From the IMG/VR virus record IMGVR_UViG_3300042350_002797, positions 186,001 through 250,000 of that record: a stretch of DNA of 64,000 nucleotides, one strand, 5' to 3'. Numbering within the stretch: the stretch's first letter is position 1; every line of letters starts with the position of its first letter. Positions 9,792 through 20,255 of the stretch are shown here, in pieces. Position numbers and translations under genes: made by a program. Under the pieces are notes generated by a model. The model worked only from the letters and a program-made list of their open reading frames with translations, was not told the DNA's origin and did not search any database.

Positions 9792-11174
9792 TTAGTATAA
9801 GACGTTCCAAGCAGTACCGTCGCAATAGATTTCTTTAACAGCTAAAGCGTTTACTGTTGTAATTGTTGTTAAACCGTACTTAGCAGTTATTACCCAAGTA
9901 GCATCTTTATTGATAATACAAATACGTAATCCTGAGATAGTACTAGAAGGACTAGGCAAAGTTAAATCTCTGTTTGTACTCATACCTGTCGAATACATAT
10001 AATTGGACGCGATGTCATCGAAAGCTAGTGTAATATTACCACTAGAAAAATCTAATTCTTGAGGAGGAACAGTAATCGGTCCACCAAATGTAGCATATTT
10101 TTTACTAGTTAATATAATTATAGGTTGGGGAGTTCCTACATTATCATTAGTTCCTAGGACCAATGAACCATTTACATATCCTGAACTTACTGCTTCTACT
10201 TGCGTAGTTATAAATGTAGATCCTCGTTGAACAGTGCCGTCATTACCTGACATTATAATTGTGCCTAGATAATCTCCAATTTGCACTGCTGTTTCTGTGG
10301 CTAACGTTCCTCTAGATCTGGCAAAAATTGCAGCGTTAACAAATTGAGTATCGTATACATTTTTAAAAACAGTATGTGTAAGATTAGGATCAAAATCTAC
10401 ATTTTGTACTAATAGTTTTGTACTATATTCAGTTGAATCAATTGTGCCACCGAGAGTAACGAACGGATTAGACACACTTCTATTAACGATAGGTAAGATG
10501 GCACTATCGGTATAGATAAGATTAGTTTCTAGTCTAGTAGAGAATAATTTACCGGTAGGCTCATCGAAACTTAATGAACCAGTATCTGTACCTTCTACGT
10601 TGCTTGCGTTATTACGATAAAATGCAATTGAGCCAGCAGTTCCTACTTGTACACGCTCGTCGTTGGTAATAAGTATTTGATCTCCACCAGTCACGCTTAC
10701 AGTTATTGATCCGCCGCCTAGGAAATTTATTGTCTCACCATCTGTGATTGATCTAGTAGTAGTGCTGTCATCGCCAGTAATGCTGAAAGACGTCATTGAT
10801 CCGCCGCCACCAGTTTCAGCAGCATTAATCCAATTAGTTCCGTTATATTTTAAAATTTGACCAGTAGTAGCACTAGTAATAACTACGTCAGTTAGACCGT
10901 CTAAATTTGTTGAACCTGCACCAGTATTGTCAGTGCCATTTATCCAATTCGTACCATCAAATTTTAATACTTGTCCATTAGTGGCACTGTTAATAACAAC
11001 ATCGGATAAGCTATTGATAGTAACTGGTATAGCACCGCTGATACTATTGCCTCCTGCTGTAGATCCATCGCCTACATAGAGTTGTTTAGTGTCAGTAGTA
11101 TAAATTAATTCTCCGCTGGCAGGAGTTATGCTTAGTCTGTCGCTAGCTAACCCTTGTCTTAATTTCAATGCCAT
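9792..11174 (-). CDS. Tail fibre protein (Mtd-like N-terminus)
   Basis: LKLRQG..PASGELIYTTDTKQLYVGDG; two L.DVVI.SAT.GQ.LK..GTNWIN repeats. Confidence 0.7.
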   Translation of the reverse strand: MALKLRQGLASDRLSITPASGELIYTTDTKQLYVGDGSTAGGNSISGAIPVTINSLSDVVINSATNGQVLKFDGTNWINGTDNTGAGSTNLDGLTDVVITSATTGQILKYNGTNWINAAETGGGGSMTSFSITGDDSTTTRSITDGETINFLGGGSITVSVTGGDQILITNDERVQVGTAGSIAFYRNNASNVEGTDTGSLSFDEPTGKLFSTRLETNLIYTDSAILPIVNRSVSNPFVTLGGTIDSTEYSTKLLVQNVDFDPNLTHTVFKNVYDTQFVNAAIFARSRGTLATETAVQIGDYLGTIIMSGNDGTVQRGSTFITTQVEAVSSGYVNGSLVLGTNDNVGTPQPIIILTSKKYATFGGPITVPPQELDFSSGNITLAFDDIASNYMYSTGMSTNRDLTLPSPSSTISGLRICIINKDATWVITAKYGLTTITTVNALAVKEIYCDGTAWNVLY

Positions 11175-11190
11175 TTGTTTCTCCTAAACC

Positions 11191-11745
11191 TTAAAATGTT
11201 CCTAAATCTAAATTTAATTCTGTATCAAACGATGTTATAATAAATGGACCAAAATCTAAATCAGTTTGCCCTAATAAAAATTGTATAGGGTTAGTAAACG
11301 ATCCATCTAAGTCCGGAAAACTAAAGTCTATGCCCGATTCAGAGGAGCTACCAGGACCCCATGTAGCTCCTTGCCATACTAATGCTTGACCTACGGTTGG
11401 AGTAACTGCTGATACGTTACCAAGATCTTGTAAATTATGATTGGAAATATCGCTTACTTGACCAGTAAAAGTCGCTGTTGATGCAATAGTAATACTAGAG
11501 CCATCGTAGGCAATTTGTATATTTGCACCACTACTTAAACTTCTAAAAGTAAGATTATCACCTACTTCTAAACTACCAACTTTTCCTGCAAATACCGGAG
11601 CGCCTGCACCTAAATTAGTAGCATTAGAAATAGTAACATTGTCTAAAGCAGTAAAATTACCATTTACCTTTTCAAAAGCCGTGCGTAGATCGTCACCTGT
11701 TCCGTCGTTTGCAAAATTTCCTAAATCTACTAGTGTAATAGGCAT
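11191..11745 (-). CDS. Baseplate wedge/tail-fibre connector protein (gp9/gp10-like N-terminus)
   Basis: VDLGNFANDGTGDDLRTAFEKVNGNF. Confidence 0.7.
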   Translation of the reverse strand: MPITLVDLGNFANDGTGDDLRTAFEKVNGNFTALDNVTISNATNLGAGAPVFAGKVGSLEVGDNLTFRSLSSGANIQIAYDGSSITIASTATFTGQVSDISNHNLQDLGNVSAVTPTVGQALVWQGATWGPGSSSESGIDFSFPDLDGSFTNPIQFLLGQTDLDFGPFIITSFDTELNLDLGTF

Positions 11746-11764
11746 GTCATTCTCTTTAATTTAT

Positions 11765-12469
11765 TTATCTGGTTTTGGTTTTTGCTAATCTGAGCATTTG
11801 TAAAATTCGTATATAAAACCAGCCGATGTCAAATTCCCAACATTTTCTACTTAATTTAGGGCTGGCTGGATCTAAATGATGATTGTTGTGTAGCTCTTCA
11901 CCGCCAATTAATATACCCCAAGGACTGACATTGCGACTGTGATCCTTAGTTTCGCCGTTGCGATAGCCCCACCAGTGTCCAATGCCATTGATAAATCCAG
12001 CGGCCCAGAATGGAATCCAGATCATTTGTACACCCCACACTAGAAAACCCCACGGCCCAAATAATAACAAGTCTATGACTAACATTACAAGAATACCGTG
12101 GCGGTGATATCTAGTGTAGAATTTTTCAATACGATCTTTAGGAGTGCCCATGCCGTACTTTATGACCATGTTAGGATCTTTAGTTGCTTCGTGGTACAAA
12201 CTCCATCCGCCTAGTAGTAATCGTTTAATACCAAATACGTGTGGACTGTGTGGATCGCCTTCAACATCTGTGGTTTGATGATGTTTTCTATGTACTGCTA
12301 CCCATGCTTTAGTAGTCATTCCAGTTGTAAGCCATAGCCAAAATCGCATAAAATGATTGACCGCAGGATGAAATTCTACACTTCTGTGCGCTTGACAACG
12401 ATGTAGATACAAGGTAACACACATGATTGTGATGTGTGTTAGTAGTAATGTGATTAAAATTATTGTCAT
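11765..12469 (-). CDS. Membrane fatty acid desaturase (delta-9/DesA-like)
   Basis: His boxes HRCQAH, HRKHH, HNNHH; GDPHSP; WEFDIGW. Confidence 0.92.
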   Translation of the reverse strand: MTIILITLLLTHITIMCVTLYLHRCQAHRSVEFHPAVNHFMRFWLWLTTGMTTKAWVAVHRKHHQTTDVEGDPHSPHVFGIKRLLLGGWSLYHEATKDPNMVIKYGMGTPKDRIEKFYTRYHRHGILVMLVIDLLLFGPWGFLVWGVQMIWIPFWAAGFINGIGHWWGYRNGETKDHSRNVSPWGILIGGEELHNNHHLDPASPKLSRKCWEFDIGWFYIRILQMLRLAKTKTR

Positions 12470-12472
12470 TTG

Positions 12473-12526
12473 TTATTGATTACCAGGTGTCGCCACATTG
12501 CCGATATTAATTGTTTGTATAGTCAT
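12473..12526 (-). pseudogene. Truncated gp9/gp10-like gene start
   Basis: MTIQTINIGNVATPGNQ*; resembles the N-termini of the 11191, 19950 and 20255 genes and shares the TAAATA...TAAAGAGA upstream context of the 11191 gene. Confidence 0.5.
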
Positions 12527-13299
12527 GTTACACTCTCTTTAGTATATTTACTGTGAAGTTCTCGATATTTTCTAGGGCTAATGTATGTTGGATTGCTTAA
12601 TGAATTACTACCTTTTACAGCCAAACTAAGATCATTAGTGGTACTATATAATTGCCACTGATCTTGATTCTGTTCTGTATAATAGCTGTCTAGTCTAACC
12701 ACTGTGGCAGTGACAGATACTATATCAACTATCTTTAGCCCTAAATGTGCTTCTGTACAGACCACACCTCTTTGTTGTGCGTGATCAATAAGTTTCTGTG
12801 CTGCCTGTGGTTTTATGATGTAGCCATAAGCCCCAACATAGTAGCCACCACTGCTGTGATACTCATAGTCCGCTGGTCTGCGATAGTAGTCTATGGGCTG
12901 ATCTAAACTGGCCTTGACCTTCTCATCGTAGTCCTTGACAAAGGCCTGGAAGCAGTCTAATCTCAACACTTCATCAAAATGATCTAACACATCTTCCGGT
13001 AAATCTCGGATAAAGATGCCATCGTGTTCTAAGATAATGACAGGTTCGTCTAATTTCACACACTTCTGCCACAGTTCAAAGTGGCTCAAGAAACAACCTT
13101 GATGTCCGGGCTTGTCTATTATGGTATAGTTTAAAAACTTATCTATACCGTATTTTTCAAATAATGGTCGGCTATTGTAGCCCAGTACAGCATCATATAT
13201 TTCTAAGGCAACACCGTGTAATGCAGCGGCAGCTACAGCTTTGGCACTGATTGTCTGTGCTAATTCACTTTCTTTCAGTACTATAGCAAATGCTCGCAT
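12523..13299 (-). CDS. Glycosyltransferase family 25
   Basis: YDAV.G, GCFLSHFELWQKC..LDEPVIILEHD, GAYGYII.P.AAQKL. Confidence 0.85.
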   Translation of the reverse strand: MRAFAIVLKESELAQTISAKAVAAAALHGVALEIYDAVLGYNSRPLFEKYGIDKFLNYTIIDKPGHQGCFLSHFELWQKCVKLDEPVIILEHDGIFIRDLPEDVLDHFDEVLRLDCFQAFVKDYDEKVKASLDQPIDYYRRPADYEYHSSGGYYVGAYGYIIKPQAAQKLIDHAQQRGVVCTEAHLGLKIVDIVSVTATVVRLDSYYTEQNQDQWQLYSTTNDLSLAVKGSNSLSNPTYISPRKYRELHSKYTKESVT

Positions 13300-13300
13300 A

Positions 13301-16300
13301 TTACCAAACGCCACCTGTTAGCTCCACACGCTTCCAAATGTCAGTGGTGCCATCATAGGACGCTGTGCAGTAATAGATATGGGTTGACGAAAAGGCAATC
13401 TGCCCTGTAACATCTCCAGATTGCCCTTTGCTACTTGTTGGCACATCCGCTGACATTCTTATTCGATCACTTGCAATCCTAACAGTAGTAGTATATCCCG
13501 TAGTAGCAGTTCCAATGTAAATGTTGGCAGGTGGATCCCCTTGATAACCAATTTCAATAGTACCACCAACTCCCGCTTCAATACTTGTGGTGTATCCAGC
13601 AGCGGCTCTAAGAGTAAGGTCAGCTGTTCCTAATATTAGTTCAGGAACTGTTAAATCACCGTTGGCAGCAAATGTTAAAGTGTTTGTTACAGGTCCAGGA
13701 GGACTACTCAATCCTAGATAGGATGTAGAAATTGTAAAATCTTCTTCGTACTCTACTACAATTCCTCCTGGAACATTTAAAACACCATCCTCACCAAACT
13801 GCCATCTACGCAGAGTTGAGTCACTCAAGTTGATATCAATATTGATGTTGCCTTCACTATGTATATGGCCTGGTACAGTTAACGAACCATCTGTGCCAAA
13901 TGTCCAAAGTTTGGTCCCATCGTCTGTAAAAACTTTTATACCTTTATTTTCACCAGCGGCAAAGACCACATGATCTAAATTGTCTCCACCTATTGCTCCA
14001 TTGAATGCTCCATACTCGTCATAGAACCTAATAACTCTTTGGTTAGGGGCGTTTAGGAATCCATTGGAGTCAAAAGTCCACTTGCCGTTACCATCACCGC
14101 TTGGATATAGGAATGTGTTTATTTCAATACCGCCATCAGTGGTAGTACGCACATTGTGATTGTCAGTGCCTAAGAAGATACTGGTTTCTTCCAAGTCGCC
14201 TGTGGTCAAGTGTAGGTGATGCTCAACATTAAAAGTAGGTGCGTCAGCGTTGATCAAGCCTGTTTCAACACCTACACTCGAAGGGTCATAGTTATTCTCT
14301 TCAGGTGACACACGAATAGTAAACTCATTGTCATCACTGTCTAGTTCAAAACTAATAGTGCCGTTACTGCCAGTCAATACTACTGTGCCTGATCCTGGAT
14401 CTGATATGTTAGCACCCTCTGGATAGATCCACCAGTAGAGCGTTTGGTCAGCGTAAGTAGGTGAATATATGTAGAAAGTAAGAGTATCACCAACTAGAGC
14501 GGTGTTATTATAATAGTTTATGTTTATACCATTGTCAGTATAGGTATAATTAAAGCCTCCGCCGCCTTTGATCACCAACTTCTGACTGGCCACATCTGGG
14601 CTTGCTGGAGTAAGTTGAATTGTAGGATTGCTGGTAACATATCCTTCAGTGATAGTACCACCTGCTGGCAATGTCACTGTGCCAGTATCGCCTAAAACAA
14701 CGGAATACACACCGTTAACTAAACTGTTGTCGCCGCCAGGTGCTGTGTATAAAGTACCTATGAGGAAGGCGAGGACTTGTGTTTCAAGAGTAACTGAGTC
14801 AGCACTGACAGTTAACGCATTGTCTGAGTCAGTTAGATCGGCGTTGACTACTCCAATGTCACTGGCTGTGCCGTTGAGTGTGCCGCTGAGGTTTGCGACT
14901 GTAACGCTCCAAGGGCCCGCTGCGAACACATTGCCCGTGTCTGAAACTTGTAGCACAGCGGCATAAGCCTGCTGGTCAAAACTACCAAATCCGCCTGCCA
15001 GTGCCACATAACCCTGTCTAACTGCTATGTTGCTGCCGCCACTTTCTGGGCCAAAAAGCCCACCAGCAAATGTCCAACTATCAGTGTTTTCAATAAATCG
15101 TTGCCATTCTACAAGACCATCAAGACTGTATTTGGCCACTACCCAAGTAAACGTCTCCGCAATCTCGTCGCCATTAACGCCTGATATATAAAGTTTGTCA
15201 TCAGGTCCAACTACTATACTGGTAGCGGTTGAAATACAGTCGCCTGTTACACGACGGCTCCACTGTTTAACACCTGTGCTGTCAAATTTAACCAAGGCTA
15301 TACCAGTACCAGGAAAAGGGCCGCCGGTAATGTCAAATTGTCCGCAAATGTAGATATTGCCATTGCTGTCAATGTCAGCATCTGCTCCTGAGCAGTCATA
15401 GTCCGCGTCAAACTGTATGGCCTTTTGCCAAGCAATAGTTCCGTCACTGGCATATTTGACCACTACCATACGGTCGGACATGTCTTCGCCAGTAGTTGTT
15501 CCTACTCTAATTTCCATGTTAGTGGATCCAGATCCTAACTGACTAGCATTAAAAGTACCAATCAAGTCGCCCTCGTAGCGATTGCCATCTGTATCAACAA
15601 TATTGCTAAATGTAGGAACGCCGTCAGTGAAGGTAACATCATAAGTTAAACCGCCAACAGTTGCTCCTAGTATATCAGTAGTCCAGTCTGGATCGCTAGC
15701 GGGAGTAGCAGTTAGAGTAACAATCGTGCGATATGGTTCTGGATAGTTAAGATTATCCACAGTACCAACAGCCACTATCTCACCAGTAGGACCCACTGCC
15801 ATACCATAGGCCTGTTCGTTAGTCTGCCCGTCTAATTTTCTTGTCCATGTAACGTTACCGTTGGTTTTGTCAATCTTAGTAACTGTTAGATAACTATCAG
15901 TTCCGTTGTTAGCCCAGCCAACCATAACAGGATTGCCATCACTGTCCACATCAACTACAGGACTTGAACTGGCAAAACCAAAGTCATAAATTTTACTCCA
16001 CACCACGCTACCGTCACTACTATCAATTTTAGTCAAGGTAGATAAGTCATAGGTGTAAACGTCTCCGCCAGTTTGTCCTGCGACATAAATCCAACCATCA
16101 GCATTGTCAACGGCCAAGCCCCAACCGTCTGTTTCAAGATCGTCGGCAAATCTTGCTGTCCATAATTTAGTACCAGTGTCAGTGTATTTGCCCACTGAGA
16201 AATATCTGCCGCCAGACTCACCAATATCAGGCAGGCTATGACTGAACAGAGCAATGACATTGCCGTCACTGTCATATTCTACACTGGTTGCGATTTGTGG

Positions 16301-17542
16301 GAAATCTGTTTCGGGAGTACTGGACACAAATGTCTGTACCCAAATATTATTGTTGGCCATACCACTTAACACTGAGTTGCCTTCGCTGTCTACAATGTCT
16401 CCACTTGTAGGCAAGTGTAGTACACCGTTGGCATCAAACTTCCACTCTTTGTTGCTACCTGTTTCTTTTTCTGTAATGATCTTGAGAAAACCTTCTGTGG
16501 GGTCTCCATCGGTTGCGTCATTGCCCACATCCAATGTTACTAATTCTGTAGGGTCATTGCCTGAGGAGTGACGACCTTCTGCGTTCCAGAATCTTAATGC
16601 TGATGTACTATTGCCATCAAATTCGCCGATGCCAGTAAATCTTACGCTGTTGCCACCTGTGATGTAAACATCGCCGTCGTTGAACAGACCCGCAATACCT
16701 GCATTGAGATTGTTTAAAACAATGCCGTCAGTACCGTTGAATATTGCTGTGCTTGGCAATACAGTTTTACCTGTGTCGTCAAATGTCCAAGTTTTGCTTA
16801 GACGTGTCGTAATCAATAACACTTCCAGCCCTCGGTTAAAGGTGACTGTTTGCGGTCCAGCATTAAATTCCGCAGTAATATCTTGATCAAAGTGCAGAGC
16901 CCAAGTGTCTGCACCAGTGTCTTGTACAATATTGGTAATGGTAGCAGTTATGGGGGTTCCCCAAGATGTAGTTACGGTGTCGCCTACTTGAACAGTTGTA
17001 CCTAAATTAGGATAATCTGCGTCAAGAAAAAACATACGCCAAACGCCGCCTGGGCCTAGTTCATCTACTACATCCACCGCAACATTTTCTATTTCTGCAT
17101 TAAGTCCGGTTCTAATCACTACATCATCTGAGGTATCACTGACACGCACAAATGTTTTTTCGCCACCAATGTACAAATCAGCAGTTGATGCATCCTGTGT
17201 ACCACCAGCACGGATACGAATTCCGCCTGTGGGATCGATAATGAGATATTGATCGTTGCCAGTATAATCGCTTAGACTGGCATCCGGGATTAACTTGATA
17301 GTGTCGCGGCTATTGCCGTCACCGGAATCAGCATCCGACCCATACAAACGACCGGGAGCCAATACCATACTCTTAAGGTGTGTTCTTGTACCATCAAACA
17401 TCATTAGGGTAAGTTTGTCTGGATTTGGCTCAGTGTTTAAGTATACCGCAATTTCACCAAAAGGGCGAATTTCGTTTGTGTCAGTGGAATCAGCACTGTT
17501 GCCGTCTACTTTACTTGTTACAATTTTTCTAATAGTTGTCAT
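13301..17542 (-). CDS. Large tail fibre/adhesin with beta-propeller-like repeats
   Basis: 1413 aa. Repeated (V/A)D.DGN(I/V)Y..G and ..KYD.DG...W blades; recurring W.F...G.L..P shaft motifs. Confidence 0.65.
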   Translation of the reverse strand: MTTIRKIVTSKVDGNSADSTDTNEIRPFGEIAVYLNTEPNPDKLTLMMFDGTRTHLKSMVLAPGRLYGSDADSGDGNSRDTIKLIPDASLSDYTGNDQYLIIDPTGGIRIRAGGTQDASTADLYIGGEKTFVRVSDTSDDVVIRTGLNAEIENVAVDVVDELGPGGVWRMFFLDADYPNLGTTVQVGDTVTTSWGTPITATITNIVQDTGADTWALHFDQDITAEFNAGPQTVTFNRGLEVLLITTRLSKTWTFDDTGKTVLPSTAIFNGTDGIVLNNLNAGIAGLFNDGDVYITGGNSVRFTGIGEFDGNSTSALRFWNAEGRHSSGNDPTELVTLDVGNDATDGDPTEGFLKIITEKETGSNKEWKFDANGVLHLPTSGDIVDSEGNSVLSGMANNNIWVQTFVSSTPETDFPQIATSVEYDSDGNVIALFSHSLPDIGESGGRYFSVGKYTDTGTKLWTARFADDLETDGWGLAVDNADGWIYVAGQTGGDVYTYDLSTLTKIDSSDGSVVWSKIYDFGFASSSPVVDVDSDGNPVMVGWANNGTDSYLTVTKIDKTNGNVTWTRKLDGQTNEQAYGMAVGPTGEIVAVGTVDNLNYPEPYRTIVTLTATPASDPDWTTDILGATVGGLTYDVTFTDGVPTFSNIVDTDGNRYEGDLIGTFNASQLGSGSTNMEIRVGTTTGEDMSDRMVVVKYASDGTIAWQKAIQFDADYDCSGADADIDSNGNIYICGQFDITGGPFPGTGIALVKFDSTGVKQWSRRVTGDCISTATSIVVGPDDKLYISGVNGDEIAETFTWVVAKYSLDGLVEWQRFIENTDSWTFAGGLFGPESGGSNIAVRQGYVALAGGFGSFDQQAYAAVLQVSDTGNVFAAGPWSVTVANLSGTLNGTASDIGVVNADLTDSDNALTVSADSVTLETQVLAFLIGTLYTAPGGDNSLVNGVYSVVLGDTGTVTLPAGGTITEGYVTSNPTIQLTPASPDVASQKLVIKGGGGFNYTYTDNGININYYNNTALVGDTLTFYIYSPTYADQTLYWWIYPEGANISDPGSGTVVLTGSNGTISFELDSDDNEFTIRVSPEENNYDPSSVGVETGLINADAPTFNVEHHLHLTTGDLEETSIFLGTDNHNVRTTTDGGIEINTFLYPSGDGNGKWTFDSNGFLNAPNQRVIRFYDEYGAFNGAIGGDNLDHVVFAAGENKGIKVFTDDGTKLWTFGTDGSLTVPGHIHSEGNINIDINLSDSTLRRWQFGEDGVLNVPGGIVVEYEEDFTISTSYLGLSSPPGPVTNTLTFAANGDLTVPELILGTADLTLRAAAGYTTSIEAGVGGTIEIGYQGDPPANIYIGTATTGYTTTVRIASDRIRMSADVPTSSKGQSGDVTGQIAFSSTHIYYCTASYDGTTDIWKRVELTGGVW

Positions 17543-17557
17543 TGTTGTTCGTCCTTG

Positions 17558-19948
17558 TTAATCGTATAGTTCCGAACCGTAGAATACCTTAGCGGTCCAA
17601 TGTATTTTCAGTGTTTTGCTTTCACCGTCTATGCGACGATACTTTATTTGGCCTTCTGTGGTCACTAACCAGAGATCATCGTTCTCACCGTCTGTGCTAC
17701 CACTTTGTACTTCTTGATGACTGATATGTTCTTCACCATCATCGTCTACGATGTGTATAGTGCCGATGATAGTTGATTCGCCGGTATAGGCGTGATAGTC
17801 AATGACAGCACCACGGAAGTTACCTGCACCTCCAGGCAAGTCTGCCTTGTCCCACCACACAACTGATCCCCCTCCTGTCTTGTATCTAAAGTAAACTGTG
17901 TCACCTTGTAGATAAGTTAAAGGTTGTGTTACACTATACCCCGTGCTATTGCCACTGTTACCAATTCCGCCTGTCCATGTGTACCAAACAGTATTGTTTA
18001 AGGAAAATTCAAACTCATAGGCATCGCCATAATTCGCAGGAGTGTTTATGATATCGTCTATAGTAGTTGCGGTACTGTCAATCCAGATATAATAACCGCC
18101 TGTTTCTGCTCTTGAAGCCACAGTGGTTAGATTAGTAGTTACCCGTTGAGTAACTGTGACTTGATTGTAACCTGTGGTTTCTTCTATTCTACGATTACCG
18201 GAGGCTGTTGATTTTACACGACCAATGCCTTGTGCGGATTTTAATATTGTACCGTCTGGGAATTTAATGCCTTCGTTGACCTTGGTTAAATCTATCTCTT
18301 TACGTGTGTAACTAAACCCACCACCCATATCGCCTTGTGTCCAACTTAGGAATTGAATAGCGTAATATTTTTCTATGCTAGGTACATACATTACACATTC
18401 TGTACCTACTATCTTGTTTCCTAAACCACCTTCACCAAATGCTGCGTATAGATTATCGTATGTTCTTGTTTCAATGTTGGACAGATCGGCCCAACCATCT
18501 ATGTTCCATACTGTGCCCTGTGGACTGACATCTTCATCCCATCCTTCTTCAATGAATGGATTGTAGATACCGTTATTATTTCCGCGAGTAATACCAATCT
18601 GTAATGTGGAGTCGTCTTCAATAACGTCTACGTTGTTGGCAGTGGCGTAGTCATCTTTCTTAAAATAATTAGGATCAGTTACTTCTGTCCTAGTGTAACT
18701 GTAGCCACCGTTGTTGCCACCCCAAGCAGCAAAATCAAACTTATAATACTTGTCGTTGGCTATGTCGTGCATGACTAGTTCGCTGGCAACGATGTAGTTA
18801 CCCACTTGATTGTTTAAGGCCTGACGCCAGGGTGTGTATGACCTAGCGCCTATTCCTGTTAAATCCCCCCATCCATCCGCATTCCATTCTGTGCCTAAAG
18901 GACTGAGATAAGTGCTATTATCGTATTCTAGTTCCACTGCACTGTTGTAGATACCTTGATTTAGATCTCGTGTCAGAATCAATCCTGGTCCAATCTCATC
19001 AAATATTTGTACTGGTTGATAATCAATGCCAACATTGCCGTAACCTGCTGGATTGTTTGTTGCAACACCAGTAAAGGCAGCATTGGCGACAGTTAATATG
19101 CCGCCTGACCCGTTTACTGTGTCTATGGTAAATGTTATACTATCAGTAGCATCGTTGGAGCCGCCAATTTGATAACCGTAGATTTTATAAGTCGTACCTG
19201 GTACATAACCTGTACCTGGAGCAACTACTATGACATCGCTTAATATTGGGTATCCAGGGCCTCCTATAATATTAACTTGAACTTGAGCATTGATACCTGT
19301 TACAGGTACTGTAACAGTAACTGGTGTGCCTAATATCACGGGTCGTGTAATAAAAGGTTCATTGGTTAGTTCTAAGTATGGTTGTACTGATCCGAAAGGA
19401 TCACCGTTTAATTCTACAGTACCATCATCTAAAAGTACAAAAGTATTAACACCGTTTGTTAATCTATCTGTGGTCACCCTGCTTGGTCCAGGAACCGGTG
19501 ATTCATTGGCCTGTCCAGGATTAGTAACCTGTTGAACAATTAACTGGCCGTTATCGTTACTCAGTTTAATATCACCGATGTATACAGAGCCGTTGCTGAC
19601 GAATATATCTCGCCACTGTTTTGTTGGACTACCTAATGATGAATTTAAATTAATAGTAGGTTCTAAATTCCCTGCAACTTTTAAATCACTTTTTATTTCA
19701 ACTGCTTGATCTATAATAACATTACTACTGTCATTAGTTGTTATCACATTACCAGTAAAATCAAATGCACCAATAGATGCAGTTTCTTTATCATCCCAGT
19801 AGGCAAGACTGTTCCAGGCAGTAGTACCAGTACCTATTTTAATTTTATTATTGGTCAAGTCAATACCAATCTCACCTTGAGCCAAGGTAGGATTAGTGCT
19901 TAACCAATTTGCTGCTGTATCTCTTCTTAATTGTATTCTACGTGCCAT
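17558..19948 (-). CDS. Tail fibre protein (Mtd-like N-terminus, internal tandem domain)
   Basis: RRIQLRRDTAANW.STNPTLAQGEIG.D...KIKIG.G...WNSL; LGSPTKQWRDIFVS; duplicated ~120 aa domain. Confidence 0.7.
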   Translation of the reverse strand: MARRIQLRRDTAANWLSTNPTLAQGEIGIDLTNNKIKIGTGTTAWNSLAYWDDKETASIGAFDFTGNVITTNDSSNVIIDQAVEIKSDLKVAGNLEPTINLNSSLGSPTKQWRDIFVSNGSVYIGDIKLSNDNGQLIVQQVTNPGQANESPVPGPSRVTTDRLTNGVNTFVLLDDGTVELNGDPFGSVQPYLELTNEPFITRPVILGTPVTVTVPVTGINAQVQVNIIGGPGYPILSDVIVVAPGTGYVPGTTYKIYGYQIGGSNDATDSITFTIDTVNGSGGILTVANAAFTGVATNNPAGYGNVGIDYQPVQIFDEIGPGLILTRDLNQGIYNSAVELEYDNSTYLSPLGTEWNADGWGDLTGIGARSYTPWRQALNNQVGNYIVASELVMHDIANDKYYKFDFAAWGGNNGGYSYTRTEVTDPNYFKKDDYATANNVDVIEDDSTLQIGITRGNNNGIYNPFIEEGWDEDVSPQGTVWNIDGWADLSNIETRTYDNLYAAFGEGGLGNKIVGTECVMYVPSIEKYYAIQFLSWTQGDMGGGFSYTRKEIDLTKVNEGIKFPDGTILKSAQGIGRVKSTASGNRRIEETTGYNQVTVTQRVTTNLTTVASRAETGGYYIWIDSTATTIDDIINTPANYGDAYEFEFSLNNTVWYTWTGGIGNSGNSTGYSVTQPLTYLQGDTVYFRYKTGGGSVVWWDKADLPGGAGNFRGAVIDYHAYTGESTIIGTIHIVDDDGEEHISHQEVQSGSTDGENDDLWLVTTEGQIKYRRIDGESKTLKIHWTAKVFYGSELYD

Positions 19949-19949
19949 G

Positions 19950-20255
19950 TTATGCTCCGCCTCCATCTAAAAGTGTTTCGTCATCATATATTGTGGAGGC
20001 CGCTCCTCCGTCGTAGTCTTGTGCAACAATAATATTTAATTTATTGTTTACATCGTCATACTCTACAGTAGCACCTTCGTGATTACCGTTGACTAACATT
20101 TGTGCTGCATAATCTTGAGCTAGTTCTGTTAAGCTAGCCACACCTACTAAGGTATACAGTTCAGTAAAATTTTCATTTACTTTATTAAATGCAGTACGTA
20201 ACGGATCGCCATTACCTTTATCAGCCGTACCTAAGTTTATTGTTTGTTTTGCCAT
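19950..20255 (-). CDS. Small gp9/gp10-like baseplate protein
   Basis: [34 protein letters not shown]; DGG.A repeats at the C-terminus. Confidence 0.65.
   Translation of the reverse strand: MAKQTINLGTADKGNGDPLRTAFNKVNENFTELYTLVGVASLTELAQDYAAQMLVNGNHEGATVEYDDVNNKLNIIVAQDYDGGAASTIYDDETLLDGGGA

Noticed and set aside
9792-19948. Mtd-like N-termini as evidence of a diversity-generating retroelement
   Set aside because: No reverse transcriptase or adenine-mismatched TR/VR pair is visible; this N-terminal domain is common in tail fibres.
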